The notes under the pieces are model-generated. The model was not told the DNA's origin. It saw only the letters and a program-made list of their open reading frames with translations, and did not search any database. A program made the position numbers and the translations under genes. Below are positions 27,501 to 40,639 of a stretch of DNA of 64,000 bases, one piece after another. Source of the DNA: Takakia lepidozioides (lineage: Eukaryota > Plantae > Bryophyta); assembly GCA_030704615.1 (NCBI GenBank), contig CM060731.1, forward strand, positions 77,314,001-77,378,000, in the 5' to 3' direction. Each line of letters starts with the position of its first letter. The first letter of the stretch is position 1.

Positions 27501-27936
27501 GTTTTCTTCCCTCGTAGATGTCACCGTCTTCTTCCGTTAAGAGGATACACATACGATTTCTCAAATTACTCCTTCCAAGAGGGCTCTGAGGATTTTCTCC
27601 ATCCACGGATTCTTCTGATCCATCTTCATCTTCGGACGAGAAAGGACATTCTGGACTAGAGGTAGGATAGTCCAAAGAGATATCACACAAATCCCACATG
27701 ACAGGTGTCCCAAAAGCCTCAGTTAGTGTGTCTCCATCCATATGAGGATATGACAATTGCATCGTCCCATAGCCATTCTCAAATGTAGTGATTATCACAC
27801 TAATTGTTGATGAGGTCAATGAACGTCCATGACACTGACCTTCACCAGTCACATTTAGGCAGTTGCTAGTTGCAACTATAACCCTCGACGTTTTGTGACA
27901 GAGGAAGATTTTGAGACCAGATGATAATGAATCCAT
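24597..27936 (-). pseudogene. DDE transposase, Sola-like (DUF7869-type), frameshifted, with at least one intron
   Basis: IIHDKMDHRKTALPR, LYLQMDNCVKDNKNRW and FLMVGHTHEDIDAYF catalytic-type motifs. Cys cluster PCCQLRC...ICEKAWWTIHGI. N-terminal segment resembles a Tnp1/En-Spm-like domain (CHGRSL...LSYP...LTEAFGTPVMW). Superfamily call is from recalled motifs. Confidence 0.75.
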
Positions 27937-28460
27937 TTCAAGAAAGGACAGAACGTCGAAATGAGTGTCGACGTTCCTTAGTCTCTACAGATAGAGATAA
28001 ATAGGAAAAGTAGAAGGACTGTAGCTAAATATCCTAATTAGGAGATAGAGAGAAAGAAGACTCCGACGGATGAAGAGATGTTAAGAGAATTAGAGTATAT
28101 CATGTGGATATGTCGATGAAGACCAAGAAAAATAAGAAATGATATAAAGAATAAAACGTCGACATGAATGTCGACGTTCTCTAGTCTTGACGGATAGAGA
28201 TAGATAGAAAAAAATAATGGCTGTAACTGGATATCCTAAAAAAGAGACAGGGAATAAATCAGATGAATATATTAATGAAGACCTAGAAAAAAAACCAAGT
28301 GAGGAAGAAGACATGCTCCCATATGCAGATGCACTAGTAGGTACTCTCAGATATTTGATGTGATGTGAGACATAATGAAGGTCAAGTGATGAAACTTTAG
28401 TTTGTATTTAAAAAATTGAAGAAGCAGCAATCCGCCAGACGTTGACACTAATGTCGACGT
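26509..28460. repeat. Element-B palindromes (ACGTCGACAT-TA-ATGTCGACGT), left group
   Basis: Copies at 26509, 27953, 28156 and 28439, all in intron or 5' non-coding DNA of the Sola-like gene. Confidence 0.85.
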
Positions 28461-29564
28461 TACTATAGATGAATAAAAAATGGATGAATAATCATCCAGT
28501 TGGATGAGGCATGGATGATAGTTAAATAAAGATGACTGTAAAAAGGTAGGGAGATTAAGGTATGTAACGGTGGAAAAAATATAAAAATGAAGCAAACCTT
28601 GAAGTTTCTAAAACCTAAAACAAACACTCATGTATTTGAACATAACGTGACGATGAACTCGTGTCTACACAATAGATGCTTTGGTAAATCCTAAAGCTTA
28701 AGACAAATATTCATAAGAATATTGGCTGATGCAAAGGTACAAAAGATGATGCAAAGGTACACAAAACATGACACACTGAGGAGGACAGACTGATGAGAGA
28801 AAGAAACGACGCAGGAGTGCAAAATGACAGATTATATATGTACCTCTGCCCCCAAGTGTGTGGTGTACGTGGTACATTCACATAGGTGCGTAAACGAGCA
28901 CAAGGATCAACGACGCAATGGCGTGAGCGCAAGTGAGCGTTGCGCGCGAGTGTACGCTCACGCAGGAGTGACGTGGCGTGAGCCTGCACCCACGCTGACG
29001 TGGCGTGAGCGTCATGTCAGCATGCTGATGTGGCGGCAAATGATGACGTGGCACTGTCCGTCATCTGCCACGTCAGCATTAACATGCGCCGCCTATAACC
29101 GAGGATGGTCCTATGACCGTGGAATTAATGCAAGGAATCTTGCCTAAATAGAATCAAGACTACCATGAGGCCTACAATTGTAGCATCCAACATTGTGCAA
29201 TTATAATTACGAGGACGAGAAAATATCCTCACAAAGTGTGCGCCATAAAGGCTGTCACGGGAAGACCTTCCTCCCTCCTCAAATAACAATGAGAGTTAGG
29301 ATCATCTTCAAAAGATGATTGTAGTGCATAGCGACAGCAAGACATGTAGACTTCGAACGGTGCAATGACAAATGTGCTTTTAAAAGTTGCCACTCAGAGC
29401 TCACTCCGTATAGTTGGAGGCCATATCATTGCACCGCCGACGAATTGATGTGAATTACACATTTCAAATCATGGTCGTCCACATACCACATTGCATAGTT
29501 GATGCTACCCATGTGTTGTATCCCGCTGCAATAGAGTATTGACCTCGTTGAAACTCATAGTGGC

Positions 29565-32500
29565 CTAGTGAATGAAGTTGTCACGTTTGGGATCGCAAAC
29601 CATCATCTTCAAAAATATGAAATACAAATGTTTGCAGGGTATGAATTTACCTCTCTTGCCCAAACTGGTTGATAGCATATTCACAAAATTAGGACATGTG
29701 CAATTGGGGAAATTGGAAACCGTGATGTCGTAGGTCCTGTCATGAACAGCAGATGTGGAAGTGATGATTGTGAATACCCGACCATATCCTGGATGGGGTA
29801 CTTCCGTGGTGCTTCCAACACGAGCTTGGAGCATTCTTGCGGACTCCACTTTGCCAAAGTGTTCAGCGGTTGGAGGGAAACGCCGAACGAGCTTTCCATC
29901 TCGTTTGGTTGGCCACAAGTCAAGATTTGCCGAGGGGACCCGGGAGGATGCAGAAGTAGTAGCATATGTATGGAGTTGGGGTTGTCTCGCAAGGGAAAAA
30001 CCTGCCTCCTCCAGCATTTCAATCTCCTGAAAGCTGAGATGTGTTCCCACCTTCATGGGCCAAACGGTTGGAGGAGATGGCTTCATCACTACGGAAGGAC
30101 GCACAATTCCATGCACACATCTGGCACAATCATCTGTGCAGAACCAGAACTTGTGGTTCTTGGCTTCTGGTTGACCGTATGGACGCATCAAACCAGTGAA
30201 AGTTGGAGCAGGAGTTCGGGCACCACCTCTGGATATAGATGAAGTGCACTTCTCGAAATTAGCCGCCCTGATCGCTGTACATTTCACACGAGACCCTACA
30301 CTTGTGCGTTCTATGTGCCAAACGTGGTCGGGGCATGCGGACTCAAGCACATCAAGGGGGTTGTTTCTCTCCTACACCATTTTAGTGGCACTGTTTGATG
30401 CTGGAGCTTGCCGTCGTATTGGAGGTTCCTCCACAATGGAGGTTCCGGACATGGAGCTGTCATGTAGGAGAACACGAGGCTTCAAGAAGTTATCACGGTC
30501 TGCCCTGTGAGAATCGGAATCCGAACCAGGTGGAGTGTTCAATTTCCTCTTACAGGAGCCGAATCTCTCCTCCCCTTCAAGATGTGGAACTCTAGAAACA
30601 AGTGGCGTTCCCTGGGCATACATGCTCACCGCCCGTGCTATCTTCATTGGATCCCCAGATCTGTTTGCAGCACGCAACATCAACTCCCATTTGTCCAGAC
30701 CCTTGCCACCAACCCCACCTCGTATTAAATCACGGTATCGGGTTTGTTGTTGCAAGGCACGTATCAAATCATCTGTTGTTGCCACATACAAATCCCGACC
30801 TCGTTTCCCAGACTGCTGCAACCATGCGTTGTGCACAGTTTCTGCCAAATTGCAAGATGGCATGTCCGCCATTTCCTCAATGGACATGTTATGCAAAGTG
30901 CAGAACCACACTTCAAAATAGTGAACATAAAACAACATAAAGAAAGCGAGGACACAATAAAATGGAAAGTAAATGTATGAATAAAGCAAGAAATATAAGC
31001 CTCGTACCACTGCCATGGCTGCTCCCCACTGTCTATACCGGAAGTGCCAAAACGCCAGCCAATCTTCCAATGCTCTCATACTCTCAAGTGATGCAGCTCC
31101 AGAAGAGAACCACCAGGCACGAATTGTCTGGAACAAAGTGTCCGCCTCCTTCATTGTTCTAGCATCTTTGTACTCTTTCACAATTTACGGTGCTGAGTCT
31201 GCATCTCTGGTTTGATGTCCGACTTTGTATGTTTTTCCAGAGATTGTGTCCAATGGAATAGACATGTACGCTATTTTCCTCGCATTGGCACTTTTGGGTC
31301 GCCCGATCCGAAGACAATACGAACAGCATTGAAATTTGCTTGAGCACTATCCGCCATGAAACCTGCGAAATTTGGAGATGGTAGCCCATGACACGTATCA
31401 GGGAATTCCACATGAGCTTCTGGGATTCCGTATCCTCAGATTGCATGTCACAAACTGCAATTGTCATAACTCGTTGGTACACTGGATCGTAGACATGACA
31501 AGTCATTGTCGTCCAATCCTTCACTCGTTTCACATGATCAAACATAAGAAAACAGTTCTGCAAGTCCCCAGTCTTCTGCATCCGCTTCACGAGGCTAACC
31601 CCACTGCCCTCCCCAACAGTCGACATTTTGAAAAGAAAAACTTTGATGGCACCTTGACCTGGGAATACATTGTCTTGGATGTAATCGTACTTGCTCACTC
31701 GTTTCAACTCCAAAATGTTGTCTATGTAGCCTCTGATACCAAAGCCCATTCTTAATGCATTGATCTGATGCCGAATGTTAGATGAACTCAAAGTGGAGAA
31801 ATGATCCATGACCAGGTCCAATGCTGCACCGTCAAGTTTAGTCCCCACAGAATCCCCTCCACTCAAAATATGGCTTTCCAATAAAGACTTGCTTGCGCCA
31901 AGAGCAATTGCAGATGTTGTTGCGGATGGGTTTCTCCCAAACTCCTGTTTAATCAACCTCGATACTGTCTCAACACTCTCCCTGTAATCCCCCTTCAAGA
32001 CAGGATGGTTATGGAATCCGAAATGCACATAAGCTCTTGTCATTGTTTTCAAACGGTGGACAACATAGTACATTCTTGCTCCGCAGAGCGCCAAGCAGGA
32101 TGGCACAAGTTTGGCAGAATTTGCAGACGAAAGTGTTTGCCGGTGGAGGGGCAGTCCCAGGCTGAAATGGATTTTCCGCCAGACCCTCCCATTCGCTTTG
32201 ATTATGAACCCCAGACTGAAGAAAGTGTCTGCAATTCAAATTATCACACCTAAGGTATCCATTGCAAACTGTTCTCCTGAAAACAAGCTTGTCATCATTC
32301 TGAATATTGGATGTTTTTGTTCTCCACCACGGGTGCCTGTCGTGTTTCTTGTCCATTCCATGCATCATGATTGTTACACCTCCAACTCGCGGAGGAGGAG
32401 GCAGCTCGAATAGGATATCGCCATCAAAAGTCTCTGGCAAGAACTTCACAGGCACCTGCTTCAAAGATTCCCAATCAATTCCTAGCAACTCACTTTTGAA

Positions 32501-33010
32501 TCCATCCATTCCTCCCATCGCCCGTAATTTTGGAATGACACTACAAATCTCTTCTTCATCAGCTTCTCCAACCACAGTAGGAAGGACTGGATTTGGAATT
32601 TCACTTATGTCATCATCGGACGAATCCGAAAGCTCAACGATTGGAGTGGAGGATGTCTGTTCTTTTTTCACCACCACCTCCATCTTGTCTTCAACGACCG
32701 AAGCAGCAGTCCCGGGCGTCACATATGACCCAAGGGACTTTCGCCGAGGCTATCCAAGTACTCTGTATCGACCAGGGCGCACTCTCCACTTGCTGATATG
32801 AGCCGTCTCATCACGGTTTTGGAAAGAGTATTTCAACAACTTCCCTTTCAAATCGTACACCTCTTTCTCCAAAAAGATGGAGCCATTCTGAAGCTGAAAA
32901 CGGATAGCCAAGACATGTTCCAGAACAATTGCAAATCCATTGTCAAGGACTTTCTGGGAGAACGGCACTGGTTTGTCGTCAGAGAAGAACTCCGCTTCAG
33001 AGGAAGCCAT
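29565..33010 (-). pseudogene. Mutator-like DDE transposase with N-terminal GCM-like Cys domain and C-terminal SWIM zinc finger; frameshifted
   Basis: HPWWRTKTSN...RRTVCNGYLRCDNLNC, HFGFHNHP, FLMFDHVKRVKDWTTMTCHVYD...CDMQSED and NLAETVHNAW (MULE N..E..H motif). SWIM: CTCPNF...PCKHLYF. Confidence 0.78.
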
Positions 33011-34237
33011 CTTCCTTCCTCGCGTACGTTGATACCTTGCTATCGCAGACCTTCAGTGTAAATCGGTTTACTGATGTCTCCAGAACACAGTTGAAGAATG
33101 AGCAGAGAATGAGGAAGCTCAGACGACGACTGTGCATATTCTGTTATTCTTTCCAGATATGCAGCCGTCCATTTTAATTACTTTTCTTGTGGGCCCAGTG
33201 ATCAGAGTATCCCTAGGAGCAATGTCGGCAGCTGTTAAACCGTTAATCAGAACCTCATTAACAAACACAATAACAAGCCGACTTCCTGGAAGCATGCCAC
33301 AGGCTCTGAGGGTGGGATTGCAGATTAAGTAAATGTATCTTTATACTACTACCAATGATCATACGCACCTGGAAAGTTCAAAATGTGAAACGAACGTGGG
33401 GTTGGCTAACAAGGATGACCGTGTATGATATCCCAAAATTTGTCATCAAACTCTCGTTCATTTACATATATTTGTCTAAGATTGTGCGCCAAGATTTCTG
33501 GGATTCGCTGTTATTTTTAAATATTGACACCGTTCTAATAAAGAACACGCCGTTTATTTTGGGCGACACACGCCAGACATCAATAAATGAATTCGAACAG
33601 CTGTACACTAATTGCTGGCATGTGCATTAATAAGGGAAAAACTATGTGTAACGGTCACGCGAGAGGGAATCCGATGCTTCTAGAGACAAGCAACAACGAA
33701 CGCAATCCCGCAAGAAATCGGGAGTCACTTCGTTTTTCAACTTTTCGCGCTTAGAGGGAGAGTGGTAGTCAAGCTGGAGAGGGTTCCTTCTACTATACGA
33801 AAGACAAGAAAGTCTCTTTATTTTACTTCCCTTAGAGAGAGACGCAGAGCAAGAGAGCAAATGACGAGGCGTCGTTTGTTGGAGAACTCAGGGCCAAGGC
33901 AGCAGGTGAACGCGGAGACTGATTCACAAGAGCAGACCGAGACTGAGGCAGCGGCTGTGACACAATCGGCGATAACAGTGCGCGTTGGAAACCAGCCTGT
34001 GGATGCAGAGATGTCTCGCAGGGAAACTGAAGGAGGTGGAAGCACGAGGAACGCTGAACCGGGAGAAGGTCCAGAAACCCTAGAGCAGACAGAAATTCCA
34101 GCAGATGTGAGAGGGAAGAGGAAAGCTGCAGAGGGGGATCCAATTTCAAAACCTAAGAAGGCGCTAGTAAGTTTTCTGTAACTTACATTTCATTGTTGAA
34201 GATCTGCGTAGAGATTGAGTTCAATGTCCCAGAAAGG

Positions 34238-34810
34238 GATTGTCGCTACCGACTATCATCACGAAACAATGGTGATTTGCTTTCTACTCCTCTGTTAAGG
34301 GTTTACCGCACAATGAGTGGGTGACTGACGGTACCGTCAATCACCGTTGTTCAGATCAAACAGTCTATCTGATTGCCTTTCAAGCAGTCCTTCCTCTTCC
34401 CTTCTTAAGCAGGAACATGTGATTGAAGTCTGCTGAATTGCGAGCGTCGTTAACGCCATTCGATTCAGGTAGAGTATGGATTGAAAAGTACTCTCGACAT
34501 AGACAGGAAACCATGAATGCTTGCAACGGTAATCACAATGGAGTCAATCTGAATAATCTGCACTTACTGTCCGCCCTAAACTATACTGAATGTCGTTGTC
34601 GCCAATCACTTACACATATATGTCATTACACAACACCGATCCGGCAGGTCCTTATCTTTTGTGATTGTCGTTAACGCCGTTCACTATCGCTCTCGCTTTT
34701 GTTTTGAATTCGGCAGGATCAGCTTTGCTTGTGTAGATGTTTCTGAATTGTTTCACACCATTCCTTGTGAGTTTCTTCAAGACAGAGTGATGGTCGTTAC
34801 CGCCGTTCAC
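34238..34810. repeat. Element-A palindromes (GTGAATGTCG-TTRA-CGACATTCAC), diverged group in intron 1
   Basis: Copies at 34238, 34321, 34441, 34514 (weak), 34587, 34661 and 34787. Confidence 0.8.
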
Positions 34811-36683
34811 TATTTGCAAATTACTCAGTCAGATTTGAATGGCATCGTGTAGAAAACTGTGAGGTCCAAGCCTACAGGATCAGAGGGGAAAGGATCTGGA
34901 GATGGGGAGGAATCTGGAAAAAGCTCAGAGAATACAGATGAAGCAGATGAATTTGAAGTGCACTACCTTGACAAGGTGAAAGAACTCATGTCATTCGAGA
35001 AGGTAAACTCCCAGGAGGTTATAAGGGACATGCTCGTATCTGGAGGGCGTCTGGACATCCCTTTGTGCCGGATGATATCTATGCCTGTTGTGCGTCCACC
35101 TCTTTCCCATGACATAACAAAATTGGAGAGTGATTTTGTGCATGGATACAGACTTGGTGCTCAAGTTTTTTATGTGTCACTGACGGATATAAATGGGAAA
35201 AGCACATTAGTGTCTCCAGAGATCAGTGATAACTGGGATGAGTGCTGGAAAGATGCCAATGAGGAGTTCGAGCTGGGCCTCATGATGGGAAAGAACACCC
35301 AGCAATTCTGCAACCACATGTTCTACGTCTGGGACGGCAACCACCGATTGCTGGCATGGATGGGATACATCCAGAAACACCATGCGAAAGACAAAGACAA
35401 GCATGTTGTTGTGGAGGCAACGGTTTTGGATCCTGGAAACGACATCGCTAGGCTTCTTACAGCTATGCACGATGTGAACAAGTAAGTCATCCTAGAGATT
35501 TCATTCCCTCTGTAGTGTCTTGTTAATCCCCAAAAAACAGAGTTAATGAGTGCAATGTTTGCAATGTTTTTGCAGATCGACAGAGAAATCGCATGTGACA
35601 ACAAGCTTGGTCCACACACTATTTCGAATTCAGAGGATTGATCTGATGAAGCTGGATGATTTTCGGACAGCACTCCCACCCAATATAATCAAGAAGTGCA
35701 AAACAGGAAGAGCTGCAGACACCTGGTATTCTTTGACTCGAGAGGCGTTTCTGGAGTACATGTATGCGGTAAGCCTGAGTCTGTACTCAGTTTACTTTTC
35801 GAATACATGTTTGTAGTCCCTTCGGTGCTAATCACTATTTGAATCAATGCAGCAAGAACTGGCAGAGACAGCTGAGAAGGGAAAATCCGAATATTACCGC
35901 ACTACACCAGGGGAACTAAGGACATCAAAGGGTGTGGAAGCAGCAATAAAGAATGAGTTTGAAATGCGAAGAACCAAATTGATGTCCGCCTTCAGAAAGC
36001 AGCTTAGAATAGTAGATCCTGGACTTGGTTCTGAGTTCCTTCAGCAGATCAAATCTCACTATGACAAGCATGTGCATCCGGAGATGCAGCATGAGAAATT
36101 GCACCGGTTGGCCATATCCATGGTCGACCCACAAACAAAAATAAGGTGGCTGGAGATATGGAACTCAGATAAGACAATAAAGGACTTGAATCAGTTCCCA
36201 AATAGCACCATACAGCCTGGCACAAAGGTGGAAGGAATCAGTGATTTGGTGTTTGATAACTGGCTCCACAAGGCTACATTTTGGAGTCAAGTGTGTATTC
36301 AAATAAGCCGTTTTCTTTTCTTCAATTATGTGATGAGTACCTTATTTGCAATACTGACAAATATACAATTTGCAGCTCGAAAAGCGCGCCGTCATTGTGC
36401 TGGAACAGACTTTGAAGGACTTGAACATTTCGATTGTTTCCCCTCCCCAAATGTCTTTGGAGGCATACATAAGGAAGTGGAGAGGTCTCACCTGGAGATA
36501 CTGTTTTTTCCGGGAGTTCTCCAAAGATGGTAACATTTTACGGTCCAACGACTTTGACAGTCAGGTTGGAGGAGAGTGGGCCATGATGCGAGTTGTGTAC
36601 ATGTGCAATATCATACTGGAAACTCTACTGCATTTTTTGGGAAATAATTTGGCTTCATAAGGATTGTAATCATAGATCCAAAT

Positions 36684-37435
36684 TGAATGTCGTTGACGAC
36701 ATTCACTTATTTGTCTGAGTCATTCTTAAGCGAGAATTTGAATTCACCTGGATTAGGAGCTTATGGGGTAATTATAGTGTCCCTGATTAGAATTGATAAT
36801 GTCCCTGAATGGCGTTGACGACATTCACATCCAGAGTTGTTGAGTTGTCCTTAGAGTTATGTAAGTTTTTGTAATGTCCATAGATTTTACAGTGAGGGTT
36901 CCTCACTTCAGTTTGCTGAATGTCAATGCAGACAATCAGTTGTTCTGCATTGCTTTTGCCTCTTGTGAGAAATCTTGAGGCTTGATTAGCTGTGTTATCA
37001 GAGATCCGGAGTGAATGTCGTTGACGACATTCACTTCTATGTCTGTGTCATTCACCAGCGACAATTTGAATTTATATGGATTGGGAGCTAATTAAATGGT
37101 TCCTTGTTGGTAATTTTGTGAATGGCGTTGACGCCATTCACATCCACTGTTATTATGAGGTCCTCAGTGTTATGTTCGTTATGAATGTCAATTGGAAACC
37201 AGTTTTTGGGGAGGGTTCCTTAGTCAACTTTCTGTTTTCCATCAAATGATTTTGCCTTTTTTGAGAAATCATTAGTCTTGATTAGCAGTGTATTCACAAA
37301 TCCAAAGTGAATGTCGTTGACGACATTCACTTCTATGTCTGTGTCAATCCAATGCGAGAGTTTGCATTCACGTGGATTAGGGTGTTTTTACAGTTTCATT
37401 GAATGGAATGTTTTGAATGGCGTTGACGACATTCA
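36684..37435. repeat. Element-A palindromes, near-perfect group in the long intron, within a ~300-330 bp tandem triplication
   Basis: Copies at 36684, 36806, 36917 (weak), 37011, 37118, 37307 and 37414. Confidence 0.9.
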
Positions 37436-40400
37436 CATCCGGAGCAGTCGTGTGGTCCTGAAAGGTCCTTGGAGCAGTTCTCAGAGCCATTTCATTCTAT
37501 GTTTTTTTTCATTCTGTGCTACTTGTATCTTACTCACTTCGCGCTTTGGTGGGTTGGGATTTATCTTCTGTTTAACAGGTACACGAAATATGTGCTTATG
37601 GAAGGAAATCACCTGAGCGGTATTCCAGACTATCTTGACATGTGGTCGGACCCTGCAAACGATCCAACCATGTATACTGCAGGGATATTGAAGGACTGGA
37701 GTCCTTCTCACTTCAGAGACTGTGGCTGGTACCTTGACTGACCACCGGAGCACACGACCTTTCAAGAATAGCATATGAAATATTTGAACAATAATGCTGA
37801 GATGCTGGCGCCTCTGACTGACGAAGAGTACCAAAGAAACATAGCAACATTGGCTGCCAAGGAGCCTGATGCTCAGGGAACGCCGCAGAAGGGAAAGAAG
37901 GCGGGCCGCAAACCAAAAGACAAGGCTCTTGATGTCATAGCCATCTCACCAGCAAAGCCAAAGGACAAAGACAAGTCCAAAGAGAAGGAAAATGACAAGG
38001 GGAAGGAGAAAGAAAAGGAGATGGAGAGTGGGCAGGACTTCACTGCTGGAAGATATACCCGCACAGTTCAGTGCGTGTTCGATGCCAAGCCACACCCTTC
38101 CCGTTCTGATTCGGCAGGAGAGATTAAAATTGTCAATGAGGGTTGGCTGGCGATGATGCAGAGTCGAAAGAGAGGATACACTGGGGTGCCTTCGCCTACC
38201 TGGGACAACATAATCTCATTCCTCAATCTGGTGAGAATTCCAGTTTCTTTCCTTTTTCTCTGAAAGTTTCATTGGTAGTATTTCAGTCTGGTTCTTTGAA
38301 AACATTCTTGCCATCGTTCTTATAAAAAACATGTCTGTTGCAGGTGAGCACAGGTCCCACCTTCGTGTGCGGTGTATAGAAAACATATGCGGCTGACATT
38401 GTCATTCTCGACATCCCGGATGGCCAGGCTGTGCCAGAAGTTCTTCCAAAGGGCAAGACGCCAGGCTGGAACAAATTCGAGGACAACTACTGGAGTTGGG
38501 TGTTCGGGTTCTGTAATAATTTCCTCTCTGATGCAGGGACACTTCTGCTTTTTCAGTCATGTGACAATGATAGTCGTCGGGCATTGGCATCATACCTCAA
38601 GTCTTCAAGGTTTGAAGTTTTGCGCACATGGAATTGTGTGAACAGCCTCTACCTTGTGAAAGGGGGTTTCCCTGGTCAGCTGGTATGCCGTCTCCCTTCT
38701 GCTTGTGCTTTTATGATGAGTTTCAATGTTCTCTGCAGCTCCACTCTAGTAGAATCTGTCATGATCGACACCTATCATCACCGATTTGTGATAAAAATGA
38801 TTGTTTTGTGACTGAGTTCTGAATAGCCTATGTACACACTTCCACTATAGATTGTGTTTACCACACTAACCTGCTATCTTTGGCAGACGAGGATGTTTGA
38901 GGTGATCTGCCTGCGGAGGATTCGCACCTCCAAGACACCATCCTCCATCCGCAGCTTTGAGATTTCTGACCAGGGTTGTTTCGTCAACCCCCCCTATGAG
39001 CCGCATGTCGATGACATTTTGTACAACTTCATGCAGTCCAACAGACCTTGAAGAGACCAGATGGCACTCTCTGGAGAGGTGCAAAGGAAGCGTTCATGCA
39101 AATACTATTGGAGTCATGCAGCCACCACTCTGCACGGGTGGTCGATCTTTCTGTGTCCACAGGTTCGTTCTCTCCTTTCCGAATTGATTTTCTTTCACCA
39201 GTTCCATTTGCTTAAATCCCCCCTACCAAACTGTTCATGTCCTCCTGTCTGGTGCAGGAGCAACTTACCATGCATGCAAGGCAGGCGGAAGAAGCATTTT
39301 TGGCATGGAGGGTGATTCTGACCTCTACAACACAGTGCTCCTCCCCCTTTTGTCTGGCTCCGCTTCAGGCATACAGATTGATCGGATTCAAATTCAAAAT
39401 GATGACGATCCCGAAGATAAGCAGGTCGAAAACGACTTTTCATGTGAGTAAGTGCTAAACCCACTTTGGGAGTCATACTCAATTTCTCAATAACATGAAA
39501 GTTACAGTAATAACTTTTTCAGGCTGTCTTTCAGGAAAAGCAGCGGTGGATCTTCAGGACATACAGTCATTTGTGGCGAGTCTGTTTTCGACAGCCCCCT
39601 TTCCAATTTTGTGCTTCCTGGTTATGCCGAAGCAATGGCACTTCACGCGGCCGAGTCCCTATCCCCTGAATTTTTACTGCCCGGCCGTAGGTGTAGCCAG
39701 CGTAGATCCGGAGTTCTTAAATACTTAGACTTAGATGCAGAGGAAGTGGGGATACATTGTACTAGCTCTGAGTCAGACTGAACTATGTTCTTTTACTATT
39801 CTGTTTCATCTTATTTGGAAAACGTTGAATCCCCTTCCTCCACCGTAGTTGTTCCTTTGGAAAGAAAAATAATCAAAGAATCAACTACCATTTAAATTGC
39901 AATATGTATGAATCCATCTCACAAACCTCCCTCACTCTTGTCATATCCATTGTGCTTTCATCTACAGTGTATTCATGCGTGCTCCATTCATGAATGTTTT
40001 CCTTTGTTCAACATCCATTGTGCATTCATCCTCTGTACTCTTTAATCCACCCGACAAACCTTCCACACTCATGTCATATACGTTGTGCATTCGTCTAAAG
40101 TTTTAGTCATGCATCTTCCTATCATGAATGTTTGTCATTGCTCAACATCCATTATACATTCATCCATTTGACTCTTATCCATCCCTCATTCATCCATCTA
40201 CATTCATTTTTCACACTCATCCATCTGTTTATCATCCAACTGTACATTCATCCATCCTTTATTCAATGTCTTTTATTATGTCGTCCAGCTTGTTTCCGTG
40301 GTAAAGGGTGCCAATCCGCGGGAATACACTCCACTTCTTTCTGGGCGCGTGGTGACGCGGTCTTCAAGTGTGATGACGTGGAATGAGCCCCGTGATGTGG

Positions 40401-40639
40401 CATTGGCGCAAGGTGACGTGGCGTGATCGCAGTTGCGCTCACGTGACCAGGCTCACGCCGAGGCATCCCTGCACAAGGATGGAGTCTTCCCGCCGTGGAT
40501 ATGGACTCCCAGCAGATCTGGCGGTGGTTAGGGTGCCAATGCAAATGATTGAGAATGTACCACAGGGATCAAGCGCTCCAACCGTTGATTAGCACTACCA
40601 CAAATCTGACGGACGTAGACAGCCCGCGACGCGTCGAAC

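Larger units (their letters stand above)
33861..39781 (+). pseudogene. Spliced gene (~10 exons) encoding ParB/Srx-like domain + helical region + permuted (beta-class) N6/N4 DNA methyltransferase-like fold
   Basis: GT-AG exons 33861-34166, 34853-35481, 35576-35768, 35853-36290, 36376-~36564, ~37579-38230, 38344-38682, 38887-39162, 39258-~39443, 39524-39781. ParB motif YVWDGNHRLLAW (DGNHR at 35333-35347). Motif IV-like ADIVILDIPDG precedes motif I-like RVVDLSVSTG/ATYHACKAGGRSIFGMEGD. Premature stops near 37739 and 38377; frameshift near 39047. Confidence 0.8.
28869..40563. mobile_element. Large DNA transposon A: Mutator-like/SWIM transposase <- promoter -> ParB/MTase-fold gene
   Basis: Candidate 11-bp TIR gtggtacattc (28869) / gaatgtaccac (40553-40563). 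GC-rich subterminal blocks at both ends share GGCGTGAGC, GTGAGCGCAA and TGACGTGGC motifs. TSD not established. Confidence 0.62.

Noticed and set aside
29681-32801. Numerous plus-strand and alternative-frame ORFs overlapping the MULE-like gene (likewise antisense ORFs over gag-pol and the LINEs)
   Set aside because: Shadow ORFs of real coding sequence with no independent motifs.
36684-37435. Spaced palindromic repeats resembling a CRISPR array
   Set aside because: Spacers are ~70-170 bp, irregular and homologous to each other (tandem triplication). The array lies in a spliceosomal intron and no cas genes are present.
28899-40572. cacaaggatcaa / cacagggatcaa as the TSD of element A
   Set aside because: Imperfect and incompatible with the candidate TIR. 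Exact termini need an empty-site comparison.
40593-40610. CACTACCACAAA as a CACTA/En-Spm terminus
   Set aside because: No matching inverted end or CACTA catalytic transposase found, and the B palindromes on both sides favour an internal position. Not fully excluded.
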